In this document: piece after piece, positions 28,822 to 38,666 of the stretch
Layout of the letters: every line of letters begins with the position of its first letter
Numbering within the stretch: the stretch's first letter is position 1
Virus record (IMG/VR): IMGVR_UViG_3300023184_009074
Span: 1-64,000 of that record
DNA length: 64,000 nt
Direction: 5' to 3' (one strand)
From: a virus
The notes under the pieces: model-generated
What the model was told of the DNA's origin: nothing
Database searches by the model: none
The model's input: only the letters and a program-made list of their open reading frames with translations
Made by a program: the position numbers and the translations under genes

Positions 28822-31065
28822 ATGTCTCTGAAATCATTATCTGACTATACTTTTGCAAGTCGTTATGCACGATACGATAAAAATAAAAAAAGAAGAGAAA
28901 CTTGGCATGAAGCAATTGAGCGTGTCAAAGGCATGCATCTTACAAAATATCCAATGGCATCAGATGATATTAATTGGGCATTTGAACATGTTCATAATAA
29001 AGTTGCACTTGGTAGTCAAAGAGCTTTGCAATTTGGCGGAGATCCAATTTTAAAGCGTAATGCAAAAATTTATAATTGTATTAGTGCCTATTGTGATAGG
29101 CCTAGATTTTTTCAGGAATGTACTTGGCTTTTACTTAATGGTTGTGGAACTGGGTTTTCTGTTCAGCGACATCATGTTGATAAATTACCAGATTTTCACA
29201 TTACTAAATCAAGTGATTTGTCAGAAGAAAAAATTTACAAAATTGATGATAGTATAGAAGGATGGTCAGATGCTCTTGGGGCTTTAATTGCGAGTTATAT
29301 TCCTCATTCTGAGTTTTCTGATTTTTACGGCAAAAAAGTAACTTTTGATTATTCTATTATTAGGCCAAAAGGTTCATCTTTATCATATGGTGTAGGTAAA
29401 GCACCAGGTCATGAACCACTTGAAAAGGCATTGGAAAAAATTCGTGATTTACTTAGTAAATCTGTCGATGCTGGTAATAAAAAATTAAGAACAATTGATG
29501 CATATGACATAGTAATGCATGCCTCTGATGCTGTACTTAGCGGGGGTGTCCGCAGAAGTGCCACTTTAGCCATGTTTAGTGTTGATGATGAATTAATGTT
29601 TAATGCTAAAATTGGCAATTGGTATTATGAAAATCCACAAAGAGCAAGGTCGAACAATAGTGCATTACTATTAAAAAATAATACAGGAAGAGAAGATTAT
29701 CATCGTTTATTTGAATCTACTAGGCAATTTGGAGAACCAGGTATTATTTGGAGTCACAGCACTGAACAATTATTCAATCCTTGCGTGGAAATTGGACTTT
29801 ATGGTTATGATGAGCAAGGCAATTCTGGATGGCAAGCTTGCAATCTTTCAACTATAAATGGTGCAAAATTACAAACTAAAGAAAATTTTGCTTTGGCTGC
29901 GAAAGTTGCTTCTATTATTGGAACTTTGCAAGCAGGCTACACTGACTTTGATTATCTTGGTGAAATTAGCGAATCTATTATAAGAAGAGAAGCCCTTCTT
30001 GGTGTTAGTATGACTGGTATTATGGATTATCCAAACATTACCTTGGATAAAAATAATCTTCGTGAAATGGCGGGTATAGTTCTTCAGACTAATGAAGATA
30101 TTGCAAATAAAATTGGAATTAATATTGCAGCAAGAACAACTTGTGTAAAACCAGAAGGAACAGCAAGTTGTTTGCTTGGTACTTCTAGTGGAATTCACCC
30201 TGCACACGCTAGAAGATATATTCGTAGAGTTCAAAGTAATGCTGCAGAAACACCAATTCAACATTTTAAACTTTATAACCCTACTGCTATTGAAACATCG
30301 TTATGGAGTGCAAATGGAACGGATGAAGTAATTAGTTTTTTAATTGAAATGCCAGAACATGTAATAACAAAAGATAGTATTTCTGCTGTTCAGCTTCTTG
30401 AAACTGTTAAGTTGGTTCAGGAAAACTGGGTTGAAACTGGTAAAAGGCCAGAAAAATGTGTGCATCCTTGGATGTCTCATAATGTTAGTAATACAATTAA
30501 TGTTAAAGATAGCGAATGGAAAGATGTAGAAGATTTTATTTATGACAATCGTGAAAGCTTTGCTGGAATTTCTTTATTGCCAGCTACTGGTGATCTTGAT
30601 TATCCACAAGCACCATTTTCTAAAATCCTTACAGTTGAAGAGATAGTAGAAAAATATGGTAAGGGTTGTATTTTTGCTTCTGGATTAATTGTTGATGCTC
30701 TTCATGCTTTTCATAATAATTTATGGAGAGCTTGTGATGCAGCTTTAGGTGTTTTTGAAGTTCAAGAGCCTAAAGCACCAGAAAAACTAAACGATGAAAT
30801 AATGCAAAAATTACAATTAGAGTGGGTTCATTTTAATTTACAAAAAGATTGGGTTAGAAGAGCCAAACAATTTTCAGAAAGACATTTAAAAGGTAATGTT
30901 AAAGAACTTACTTATCTTTTAAAAGATATCAACAATAATAAACTATGGGAAGATTTAAACAGAGTGTACATTAATGTTAATTGGGATGAAATGTACGAGG
31001 AAGATGATACAACTAAATTGGTAGAAAATGTTGCTTGTGCTGGTGGAGCTTGTAGTACTTTTTAA
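28822..31065 (+). CDS. nrdJ: class II (adenosylcobalamin-dependent) ribonucleotide reductase
   Basis: YNC, GCGTGFSV, GGVRRSA, NPCVEI, CNLST, TCVKPEGT, C-terminal CAGGAC; no beta-subunit gene nearby. Confidence 0.88.
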   Translation: MSLKSLSDYTFASRYARYDKNKKRRETWHEAIERVKGMHLTKYPMASDDINWAFEHVHNKVALGSQRALQFGGDPILKRNAKIYNCISAYCDRPRFFQECTWLLLNGCGTGFSVQRHHVDKLPDFHITKSSDLSEEKIYKIDDSIEGWSDALGALIASYIPHSEFSDFYGKKVTFDYSIIRPKGSSLSYGVGKAPGHEPLEKALEKIRDLLSKSVDAGNKKLRTIDAYDIVMHASDAVLSGGVRRSATLAMFSVDDELMFNAKIGNWYYENPQRARSNNSALLLKNNTGREDYHRLFESTRQFGEPGIIWSHSTEQLFNPCVEIGLYGYDEQGNSGWQACNLSTINGAKLQTKENFALAAKVASIIGTLQAGYTDFDYLGEISESIIRREALLGVSMTGIMDYPNITLDKNNLREMAGIVLQTNEDIANKIGINIAARTTCVKPEGTASCLLGTSSGIHPAHARRYIRRVQSNAAETPIQHFKLYNPTAIETSLWSANGTDEVISFLIEMPEHVITKDSISAVQLLETVKLVQENWVETGKRPEKCVHPWMSHNVSNTINVKDSEWKDVEDFIYDNRESFAGISLLPATGDLDYPQAPFSKILTVEEIVEKYGKGCIFASGLIVDALHAFHNNLWRACDAALGVFEVQEPKAPEKLNDEIMQKLQLEWVHFNLQKDWVRRAKQFSERHLKGNVKELTYLLKDINNNKLWEDLNRVYINVNWDEMYEEDDTTKLVENVACAGGACSTF

Positions 31066-31120
31066 GTATTTTAAAATAGTTTATTGTTGCGAAATTAAAT
31101 AATATGAAAACAGGTGATTA

Positions 31121-31579
31121 GTGAAGCAAGAATTAGAAGATAAGCTGTATGATTCTTTTGCTCATTTATTTCCAAATAGTCTTATTTATGGAATTGAATG
31201 TGAAGATGGTTGGTTTGAATTGATATTTAATCTTTGCAAGCAGTTGGCTGATGAAAATATTGAAGTTACTCAAATAAAAGAAAAGTTTGGGACGCTTAGA
31301 TTTTATTATAATTTTGGAAGTGATAAAATCAAAGATTTGGTTAAAATTGCAGAAGCTAAAGCTTCTGCCACTTGTGAGTTTTGTGGTAAGACAGGACAAT
31401 TATATTCAAAAGGTTGGTGTAAAACTTTATGCAATGAACATGCAAATGAGTTTTATAAAGAAGAATATAAATATGATTACATTTGTGAAAATTGCAATTT
31501 TAATTTTAATTACGAAGGTAATTTAGATAATTTTCAATGTCCACGATGTAGATGTGAAAAAATTGTAAAAAAATCTTAA
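31121..31579 (+). CDS. phage protein with zinc-ribbon motifs
   Basis: ECEDGW, QIKEKFGTLRFY, TCEFCG and C-terminal CxxC...CxxC. Confidence 0.8.
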   Translation: MKQELEDKLYDSFAHLFPNSLIYGIECEDGWFELIFNLCKQLADENIEVTQIKEKFGTLRFYYNFGSDKIKDLVKIAEAKASATCEFCGKTGQLYSKGWCKTLCNEHANEFYKEEYKYDYICENCNFNFNYEGNLDNFQCPRCRCEKIVKKS

Positions 31580-31580
31580 T

Positions 31581-31727
31581 TTATCTTAGACAGCTTTCAT
31601 TTTTTAATTCAAAGCAATGACAGGCATGACATTTACGAAAATGTTTTATGCAATGATTGTCAGATTTTGTCACAACAAAAATAAAAGAAGATAAAATAAT
31701 TGATCCAATTAATATAATTTTTTTCAT
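31581..31727 (-). CDS. 48-aa membrane-anchored Cys/His-rich microprotein with CxxCH (absent from the ORF track)
   Basis: MKKIILIGSIILSSFIFVVTKSDNHCIKHFRKCHACHCFELKNESCLR; preceded by TATATA-N4-ATG. Confidence 0.6.
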   Translation of the reverse strand: MKKIILIGSIILSSFIFVVTKSDNHCIKHFRKCHACHCFELKNESCLR

Positions 31728-31816
31728 ATATTATATATTGCGTTTTATTATTTATTGCTTAAAATAAAATATAGGAAAATGGCACTATTGTTTTTTAATT
31801 AAAGCAAAAATTTAAT

Positions 31817-32401
31817 ATGGTATATTCTGAAGCCTGTGATGAAATTTTAGCAATTAAGTTAAGTTGTGGAGACAACATAGCATTTGAAGTTATTTATCAA
31901 AGATATTATTCTTCTGCCTATAATATATTCTTAAAAAGATTATCAAATAAAGAATCAGCAGAAGATGCAACTCATGATCTTTTCGTTAAGCTAAGATGTA
32001 AAATAAAAACCTTTGATAAGGTAAGATGTTTTAAGGCTTGGTTTTTAATAGTAGCTAAAAGGTTTGCCATTGATATTTTAAGAAGAAGAAAAAATGAAAT
32101 AAGCTTAGATGTTTTCAATGCCAAGAATAGTGGAGAGTGTTATCTTGAAAAGTTAAATTACAATCAAGATTTGTTAGAAAAAATCACAACGGAAGAAAAT
32201 ATTAACATTGTTAAAAAAGTATTCAATCAAATGTCAGATACGCACAGAAGAATATTGATTTATTATTACTTTGATGATTTATCTTCTGAAGAAATAGCCG
32301 TGTTGATGAATACACCTATTGGCACTGTAAAATCAAGGATTTCTAGAGCTTTAACATTATTTAGGGAATTCCTTGGAAACATTAAAGGAGATTTAAATTG
32401 A
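31817..32401 (+). CDS. ECF-type sigma70 factor
   Basis: AEDATHDLF, FKAWF, region 4 SEEIAVLMNTPIGTVKSRISRA. Confidence 0.92.
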   Translation: MVYSEACDEILAIKLSCGDNIAFEVIYQRYYSSAYNIFLKRLSNKESAEDATHDLFVKLRCKIKTFDKVRCFKAWFLIVAKRFAIDILRRRKNEISLDVFNAKNSGECYLEKLNYNQDLLEKITTEENINIVKKVFNQMSDTHRRILIYYYFDDLSSEEIAVLMNTPIGTVKSRISRALTLFREFLGNIKGDLN

Positions 32402-32610
32402 ATGGATTTTGTTTTTTTGGAAATCTATCGAAGAAATTATTTTGGGAAATTCAAGTTCTTTCTAGAATAAGGAAATTTAAAGATGGCATAACATTTATAA
32501 AAATAAATTTAAATTATGATAATTATGAAGGCGATCATAATCCTTGTTTTACATTTGAACTTACAGTGTTTAATGTTTACAATCATTTTATTATTTTTAG
32601 TAAAAATTAA
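32398..32610 (+). CDS. hypothetical protein
   Basis: ORF with an AAGGAG RBS. Confidence 0.6.
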   Translation: MNGFCFFGNLSKKLFWEIQVLSRIRKFKDGITFIKINLNYDNYEGDHNPCFTFELTVFNVYNHFIIFSKN

Positions 32611-32619
32611 GGAATTGTA

Positions 32620-33054
32620 ATGAGCACTAAATCTTCTTTGTATTATTCAAATGAAATGCATTTATATAAAGAATTCACTGAAGATAATTCTATATTTTTA
32701 AAAATTAAAAAAATTAATTTAGAATTAAAAATGGAATTTAAATTAATAGATTTTTTAAAAATTGTTAGCACTATTGATTTTAATTCATTGATATTGCAGA
32801 CTAATTTGTCTGACATTGAAATAAAAAAATATTGTATTAAGCGAGTCAAAGAAAGAATCAACGAACAAAATCCTATTATGGGAATTTACGCATATATGAT
32901 CTTTGGGGATAAAAACATGTCAGAAGATGAACAAGTGCAATTAGCATTTGAATATTATTGCAATAAAAGAGATGAACTTAAAAAAATATATGATGAGCTA
33001 AACAAGTCTAAGTTTTCAAAAAATTTTTTTGGATTGGAAGACATCATTAATTGA
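32620..33054 (+). CDS. hypothetical protein
   Basis: ORF with an AAGGA RBS. Confidence 0.7.
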   Translation: MSTKSSLYYSNEMHLYKEFTEDNSIFLKIKKINLELKMEFKLIDFLKIVSTIDFNSLILQTNLSDIEIKKYCIKRVKERINEQNPIMGIYAYMIFGDKNMSEDEQVQLAFEYYCNKRDELKKIYDELNKSKFSKNFFGLEDIIN

Positions 33055-33792
33055 CTATATGCTTGATTCTGTAAGCCATTTTTTAAAAGAAAAATTCTCA
33101 CTTGTGAATCTTTGCTGCCAATCCTGTGTCCTAGAAGGTTGTGGAATATACATGGATGCTTTTGTAGTTGGTGCAGTAACAGTCTTTAAAATTTGACCTT
33201 CTTCTAATTCTCCAAGAGTATAACTTCTAGATTGATTTGTTTTGTAAGAAAAAACTTCAATTTCTTGTTCTTTCAATTCGCTTTCATCTAGAATATCCAT
33301 CACATCCATATCTTGTGCTATGTCATATGCTGCGTTGACAATTTTTCTAGCTGTTTCTTGATTAAATTCCCATACTTCAAAATTATTTTGTCTAATAATA
33401 ATATATCCTAAATATTTACATCCATATTTTCTAGAATCTCCATGTAATGCTTGCATTGCTTCTGTTAATTTTGGATTAGAAACTAATTTATAATTAATAT
33501 CTTTTATGCCATCGTAAAGACTATAAACATTATCTGGGTCATACTCTTCTTGACGAATATCTCTCTCAACTTTCATTTTGTTTACTTCTAATTCTTGAAT
33601 AAGTTCTTCTGATATTTTTGATTTTTCTGATTTTTCTATTAAGTCTTCTGCAATGTTAACTAGTTCTTCTGCATATGTTCCGCAAATTGCTTGCATAATA
33701 TGTGCTTCATGACCCATATCACTGACATCACCATCAGCACCTATTAAATAACTGCCATCATAAATATATTCGCCTCTTAAAAAGTCAATCAT
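33055..33792 (-). CDS. paralog of the middle domain of 34361-35809, with a CTS-like motif at its C-terminus
   Basis: Shared blocks EELVNIAE, KLTEAMQAL, RKYGCK, FEVWE; ends SENFSFKKWLTESSI. Confidence 0.8.
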   Translation of the reverse strand: MIDFLRGEYIYDGSYLIGADGDVSDMGHEAHIMQAICGTYAEELVNIAEDLIEKSEKSKISEELIQELEVNKMKVERDIRQEEYDPDNVYSLYDGIKDINYKLVSNPKLTEAMQALHGDSRKYGCKYLGYIIIRQNNFEVWEFNQETARKIVNAAYDIAQDMDVMDILDESELKEQEIEVFSYKTNQSRSYTLGELEEGQILKTVTAPTTKASMYIPQPSRTQDWQQRFTSENFSFKKWLTESSI

Positions 33793-33794
33793 TA

Positions 33795-34364
33795 TTAATC
33801 CTTATTTAAAGTACTTATTACAATAGGTTGTATATCTAAAAGTTCAGTATCGTTTTTAAAAATTCTTGGAAATCTTTTTGCTATTACAGGATTGAAGTTA
33901 AATGGTTTTACTTTTACATGTCTATCTTCGTTTATTCCAAGTGCATACAATTTAGCCATTGTTTTCCCAGCAGTAGGATCTAGATCATCTACAAGAATTG
34001 ATTTTTTGCTTTTAGGTAATTTGTTTTCTTCTGGGTCAATAAATTCATAATCTTCTATTCCAAAAATATTATTTTCATCTATTGGGATGCCAAGAGCTTT
34101 TATTACTTTTTTCTGAAATACACTTCCTCCAGCAGTAATAATACAAACTTTGGCAATTGCTTTTAAATTATTTACAAAATCAATTGCATGTGGCCTTAGA
34201 AAACTAGCATAAGAATTGGTAATCAACACACCACTAAGAGCTTTAATTTCTTCTGGATTTTTAAAAGGTGGCACTTTATTAGTACTTACTAAAGTTTCAT
34301 CTAAGTCTAAGAATATGATTGGATTTTCTTCTTTATTTTCAATCCATGTTTTAAAATTTATCAT
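33795..34364 (-). CDS. HAD-superfamily FCP1/NIF-like phosphatase with a CTS-like N-terminus
   Basis: FLDLDETLV, LRP, IITAG, LVDD; starts MINFKTWIE. Confidence 0.85.
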   Translation of the reverse strand: MINFKTWIENKEENPIIFLDLDETLVSTNKVPPFKNPEEIKALSGVLITNSYASFLRPHAIDFVNNLKAIAKVCIITAGGSVFQKKVIKALGIPIDENNIFGIEDYEFIDPEENKLPKSKKSILVDDLDPTAGKTMAKLYALGINEDRHVKVKPFNFNPVIAKRFPRIFKNDTELLDIQPIVISTLNKD

Positions 34365-35809
34365 TTATGTATTTTCTTTGTGTCTGTAGAAAATGTTCCT
34401 TTGTTTTTAATTGATTTTAATTGTTTTGGATCAAAAACTATGGCATTAAATGTTCCATCTTTATCTTTTAAAATAACGCCATCGTATCCATCTCTAAGCA
34501 ATTCATCTATACCTTTTTTATCATATTCATCCCAGCCAGCTGGATTTTGAATAGATGCATAGAGTTCAAAAACGGCACCGCTAACACCAGCACCAGTTTC
34601 ATTTTTATCAGCAGCATTTTTGTCTGATGTTACCCAAATTATCCCGCCCATAGCAGATTTCTTAGGGTCAAATCCAAATTTATTTATTTTTTCTGCTGCT
34701 TCTTTGCTTGTTTGATGATAAACCACAATTGGATTGCCTTCTGAATCTATTACTTTTGAATTTTTAAACCAATTTTTAAAATCAGGATTGTCAATTATGG
34801 AGTTTTCTAACCATATTTTAAAAGAAAAACTTTCGCTTGTGTATCGCAATTGGTGTCTTTGTGTAGTTGAAAGTCCTTCTGGAGTAGAAGCCTGTGGAAT
34901 GAAATGATTTGATTTACCTTGACTTATTGTAGGTGTTACATTTAATTTTTTATCTCTTAATTGCTCAATAGTATATTCACTGCCTTTATTGGTTTTATAT
35001 GAAGTAATTCCTATAGTTTGCTCATCTTCTCTGCTTCTGTCTTCTCTGTTTTCTTCCATAATTTTTTCTGCTGCATCTACAATCTTATTTGCAGTATCTT
35101 GATTGAGTTCCCACACTTCAAAGAAAGGCCCTCTAATAATAATAAATCCTAAAGATTTACATCCATATTTTCTGACATCTCCATGTGATAATGCTTGCAT
35201 GGCTTCTGTTAGTTTTTGATCAGAAACTAATTGCGGATTAATATCTTTAATAGCATTATAAAGGGTGCCAATATTAGTAATTTCTTTTTCTCCAATATTA
35301 TCATCTTCAATATAATCTGGAAGATTTTTAATTTTATATTTATATCTCTTTAATTCCTCTAATTTTTCTTCTAATTCTTCATCTATTTCTTCTGGTTTTT
35401 TTGATTCAATTTGTTTAATTAATTTTTCTGCAATATTTACTAATTCTTCTCTATGATTTAAAAAAATTGCTGCTTGTATCGTTTCTTCATGAGTTTTTAC
35501 ATCTGCTTCTGTTAATTTTCCGTGATCATAAATCCATTCACCTTTTAAAAGATCTACTTCTTCCTTGTCTTCAAATGGTGGCTCAATTATTTCAAGTTGT
35601 TCTTTCCACCAATTTAATTCTGCTTCAACATTATTTACTTTAGTTTGTTCTAAAAGAGATTTGATCCATATCATAGATTGTTCAATTTTAAATTTTTCTA
35701 TTTCTTCCCATCCCAACCCATCTAAATTATTTATTATGTTGTGAAATGCTATAATAAAATCTTTTGGTATTTCTTTATTTATAAATTTGATAACTGCGTC
35801 TTTGTCCAT
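34361..35809 (-). CDS. multidomain protein with a C-terminal ADP-ribosyltransferase-like (ART-PolyVal-type) domain
   Basis: FKNWFKNSKVIDSEGNPIVVYHQT, GYDGVI, IVFDPKQLKS...NKGTFS; internal SFKIWLENS motif. Confidence 0.75.
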   Translation of the reverse strand: MDKDAVIKFINKEIPKDFIIAFHNIINNLDGLGWEEIEKFKIEQSMIWIKSLLEQTKVNNVEAELNWWKEQLEIIEPPFEDKEEVDLLKGEWIYDHGKLTEADVKTHEETIQAAIFLNHREELVNIAEKLIKQIESKKPEEIDEELEEKLEELKRYKYKIKNLPDYIEDDNIGEKEITNIGTLYNAIKDINPQLVSDQKLTEAMQALSHGDVRKYGCKSLGFIIIRGPFFEVWELNQDTANKIVDAAEKIMEENREDRSREDEQTIGITSYKTNKGSEYTIEQLRDKKLNVTPTISQGKSNHFIPQASTPEGLSTTQRHQLRYTSESFSFKIWLENSIIDNPDFKNWFKNSKVIDSEGNPIVVYHQTSKEAAEKINKFGFDPKKSAMGGIIWVTSDKNAADKNETGAGVSGAVFELYASIQNPAGWDEYDKKGIDELLRDGYDGVILKDKDGTFNAIVFDPKQLKSIKNKGTFSTDTKKIHK

Positions 35810-35914
35810 ATTATTTTCTTATATTTTTCTGGAATAGTTTCTATTTTCTAACCATATTTTAAAGTTCATAAAATATATATTGATTTTTTTTCATTATTAG
35901 ATTATTTTTATAAT

Positions 35915-36094
35915 ATGGATAAAATAAAAAAAGAAGAAAAAGTTTGTTATAATTGCGAATATCTTCTTGGACAAAGTGATATTTCTTTTGGTCTTAGATG
36001 TAAACACCCAGAAAACCAAAAAGAAGAAACATTGCCTATTGTTCCAAGTCCAACGCATAATTGTAAGCATTTTGAAAATAAGCTTAGAAGGTAA
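35915..36094 (+). CDS. 59-aa Cys4 microprotein, tandem paralog of the next gene (absent from the ORF track)
   Basis: MDKIKKEEKVCYNCEYLL...GLRCKHPEN...LPIV...HNCKHFENK. Confidence 0.8.
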   Translation: MDKIKKEEKVCYNCEYLLGQSDISFGLRCKHPENQKEETLPIVPSPTHNCKHFENKLRR

Positions 36095-36097
36095 TAG

Positions 36098-36289
36098 ATG
36101 TTTAATTTAGAAATAAAGCCAGAAGACAAAGTTTGTTATAATTGCAAATTTTTATTTTGGAGTGTTGGAATAGGCATGGGAATAAGATGTAACAATGAAA
36201 ATAATAGAAAAGGTCAAGAGTTACCGCCTATAACACATAGTAAAAGCACTTGTGATTTATTTCTGCAGAAGCGAAGGCAATTAAAATGA
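36098..36289 (+). CDS. Cys4 microprotein
   Basis: KVCYNC...GIRC...TCDLF. Confidence 0.8.
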   Translation: MFNLEIKPEDKVCYNCKFLFWSVGIGMGIRCNNENNRKGQELPPITHSKSTCDLFLQKRRQLK

Positions 36290-37404
36290 CATGGTTTACT
36301 TCTATTTTGACTTTTGGTGGTATTTTTGTTGGCATATGGGCAACCATTAAATATGTTATTTTGTTTGAATTAAGAATTGATAATAATACTTTTAGAACTT
36401 TATATGAATTATCTTTAAAAGAAACTAAGTTTGTATTAGAAGAAGAATTCTTTTCTGAGAAAAGACAGCCTGTTATTTATAGGGCTTTTTGTTTTTTTAA
36501 AAATCAACCTTGGTTTTACTTAACGCATGGAGAAAGGCTTCTTCAAGCAGGATTCAATGGAAAAGATCAAATATCTTATGTAATTTGTGCAAGGTGGAAC
36601 TTTTACAAGCTTAAAATATTTTTACAATCTAATCTTCCGTGTTTACAATTAGAATACTTTGGTATTCCAATTAGAGTTGCAAATCCTTGGTTTACAGATA
36701 AAATTGGATCAATTAAAGAGGCTAATTATCCAATTCAAGCTGAATCTTTTTGGAAGGATCTAGATGAAGATATTCAGCTTGTTGTTGATGGTAATATTTC
36801 AAAAGCTAGTGCAATTTTTTATGGTGAACCTGGCAATGGCAAAAGCTCTTTAGTTAAGTACTTAGCAGTTAAATATAAGCTACCAATAGTAATTTTGACT
36901 TTTGTACCAGAATATACAAACATGGAAATCATGTATATGTTTTCGCAAATAAGCGAAAACTGCATAGTTTTACTTGAAGATTTTGATAATTATTTCGATA
37001 AAAGAAAATGTATTATTGGAGAAAGTAATAGCGGAAGTAACAATGTTGGAATTAAATTTACATTTGACTCAATATTAAATTGTTTAGATGGCGTTTATAA
37101 CAATTATAAAAAAACAGTATTCATCATGACTGTTAATGATATTGAAAAGGTTGATGTTGCTTTGAAAAATAGGCCAAGCAGATTCAAGCATTTGATGAAC
37201 TTTGATAATCCTGATTTTGAATTAAGATTTAAAATAATACCATATTGGGCAGCAGAAACTTCTGGATTAAACTTAGATCAAGTTTTCAGGATGAAAGAAT
37301 TTAAAGAGAAAGGACTTTCTTTAGGCAGTTCTTTGTTGAAAATTAAAATAGAAAAACAAATAGAAGATGCAGAAAATAAAGATTTAAATATGCCTTATAT
37401 TTAA
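36286..37404 (+). CDS. membrane-anchored AAA+ ATPase (BCS1-like)
   Basis: N-terminal TM helix; GEPGNGKS, LLEDFD, LNCLDG, MTVN...D.AL..RPSR. Confidence 0.85.
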   Translation: MTWFTSILTFGGIFVGIWATIKYVILFELRIDNNTFRTLYELSLKETKFVLEEEFFSEKRQPVIYRAFCFFKNQPWFYLTHGERLLQAGFNGKDQISYVICARWNFYKLKIFLQSNLPCLQLEYFGIPIRVANPWFTDKIGSIKEANYPIQAESFWKDLDEDIQLVVDGNISKASAIFYGEPGNGKSSLVKYLAVKYKLPIVILTFVPEYTNMEIMYMFSQISENCIVLLEDFDNYFDKRKCIIGESNSGSNNVGIKFTFDSILNCLDGVYNNYKKTVFIMTVNDIEKVDVALKNRPSRFKHLMNFDNPDFELRFKIIPYWAAETSGLNLDQVFRMKEFKEKGLSLGSSLLKIKIEKQIEDAENKDLNMPYI

Positions 37405-37462
37405 ATTGTGATTCCATAAAGTTAAAGCTATTTAGTTTTATTGCTTTGCGGATATATAAATT

Positions 37463-37840
37463 ATGGTAAATAACAATCAGCAAATTTGGGATTTATTAGA
37501 AAAACAAGATATTTCAAAAGTTTATATTTCTTATTCTACTAAAAGAAAAAAAGCAGAAGACCAAATAATTATTACAATTCAAGATATTACAATTGTTTGC
37601 AAGCATGCAAATCATTCTATTTTTCACGATGAGATATTTAAAGAAGATTCATTTTTAAGAATGCCTATTTTTAATAGCCATAAAGAAATTATAGGAAAAT
37701 CGGATGGGTTGTTAACATATGACAATGTTAAAAGAAAAATAACATTAAAAGGAAAGTACAATAAAAAAATTATAGAAGAATACAAAATAGAATTGGATGA
37801 AAAACATGAATGTTTTAAAGCCAACATTGACAACGATTAG
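37463..37840 (+). CDS. hypothetical protein
   Basis: Open ORF. Confidence 0.6.
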   Translation: MVNNNQQIWDLLEKQDISKVYISYSTKRKKAEDQIIITIQDITIVCKHANHSIFHDEIFKEDSFLRMPIFNSHKEIIGKSDGLLTYDNVKRKITLKGKYNKKIIEEYKIELDEKHECFKANIDND

Positions 37841-38069
37841 TTATTGTTTGATTGTTTATGGTATCTTTTTGATATCTTGGCCATTTCCGTTTTTATTTTT
37901 AATACCAGAAGACTTGAAATTTATAATTTTTAATTGGATTTACAATCTTGATAATGATAAAAGTAAAATGCCAGAATTACTTTTTTTATGGTTTTTTTGG
38001 CATGTTCCTTGTGGGATTTTTTATTTTTTAATTGGATGTTTAGTTAAATTTAAAAAAGATAATTTATGA
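37797..38069 (+). CDS. 2-TM membrane protein
   Basis: Two hydrophobic segments. Confidence 0.6.
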   Translation: MKNMNVLKPTLTTISYCLIVYGIFLISWPFPFLFLIPEDLKFIIFNWIYNLDNDKSKMPELLFLWFFWHVPCGIFYFLIGCLVKFKKDNL

Positions 38070-38593
38070 AAAATATATTTTTAATTGCTGATACACATTT
38101 TGGTGATCAAAAATTATGTGAAATGCAATTTTTTAATGGAGAAAAATATCGTCCTTGGGACAAGGCTTCTGATATGGATGAAGCTTTAGTAGGTAAGTGG
38201 AATGAAGTTGTTGGAAAAAATGATATTGTTTATCATCTTGGCGATGTCGCAGTTCAAAAAGAAAAGTTAAAGTTGTTAGGCAAATGCAATGGCGAGAAAA
38301 TTCTTATAAGAGGAAATAAAGATAATTTTGGGCTTATTAATTATGTTCCTTATTTTTCTGATATTAAAGCTATTCATGTAATTGATAAGTTTATTTTAAG
38401 TCATGTTCCTTTATTTCATGCTTGTATTAAAGATGGAAGGGTTAATGTTCATGGTCATTTACATAGACAGGAAATTAAAAATAATAAATATTTAAATGTT
38501 AGTGTTGAAAAAATAAATTACAAGCCTGTTTCTATTGATGAAATAAAAATAAAACTAGATAGAGATCAAATGTATTCTTTATTTTCATATTAA
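38066..38593 (+). CDS. calcineurin-like metallophosphoesterase
   Basis: ADTHFG, YHLGD, GNKD, LSHVP and HGHLH motifs. Confidence 0.9.
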   Translation: MKNIFLIADTHFGDQKLCEMQFFNGEKYRPWDKASDMDEALVGKWNEVVGKNDIVYHLGDVAVQKEKLKLLGKCNGEKILIRGNKDNFGLINYVPYFSDIKAIHVIDKFILSHVPLFHACIKDGRVNVHGHLHRQEIKNNKYLNVSVEKINYKPVSIDEIKIKLDRDQMYSLFSY

Positions 38594-38666
38594 TAACATG
38601 CAAATAAAAAGCATGGATGGTTTTTTAAATTTAGTTTATTTTTTATTATCGGTATGTATTTTAATT

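Noticed and set aside
33055-35560. DGR template/variable repeat pair between the two paralogous genes
   Set aside because: Differences include indels and all base types rather than adenine-specific changes, and no reverse transcriptase is present in the window.
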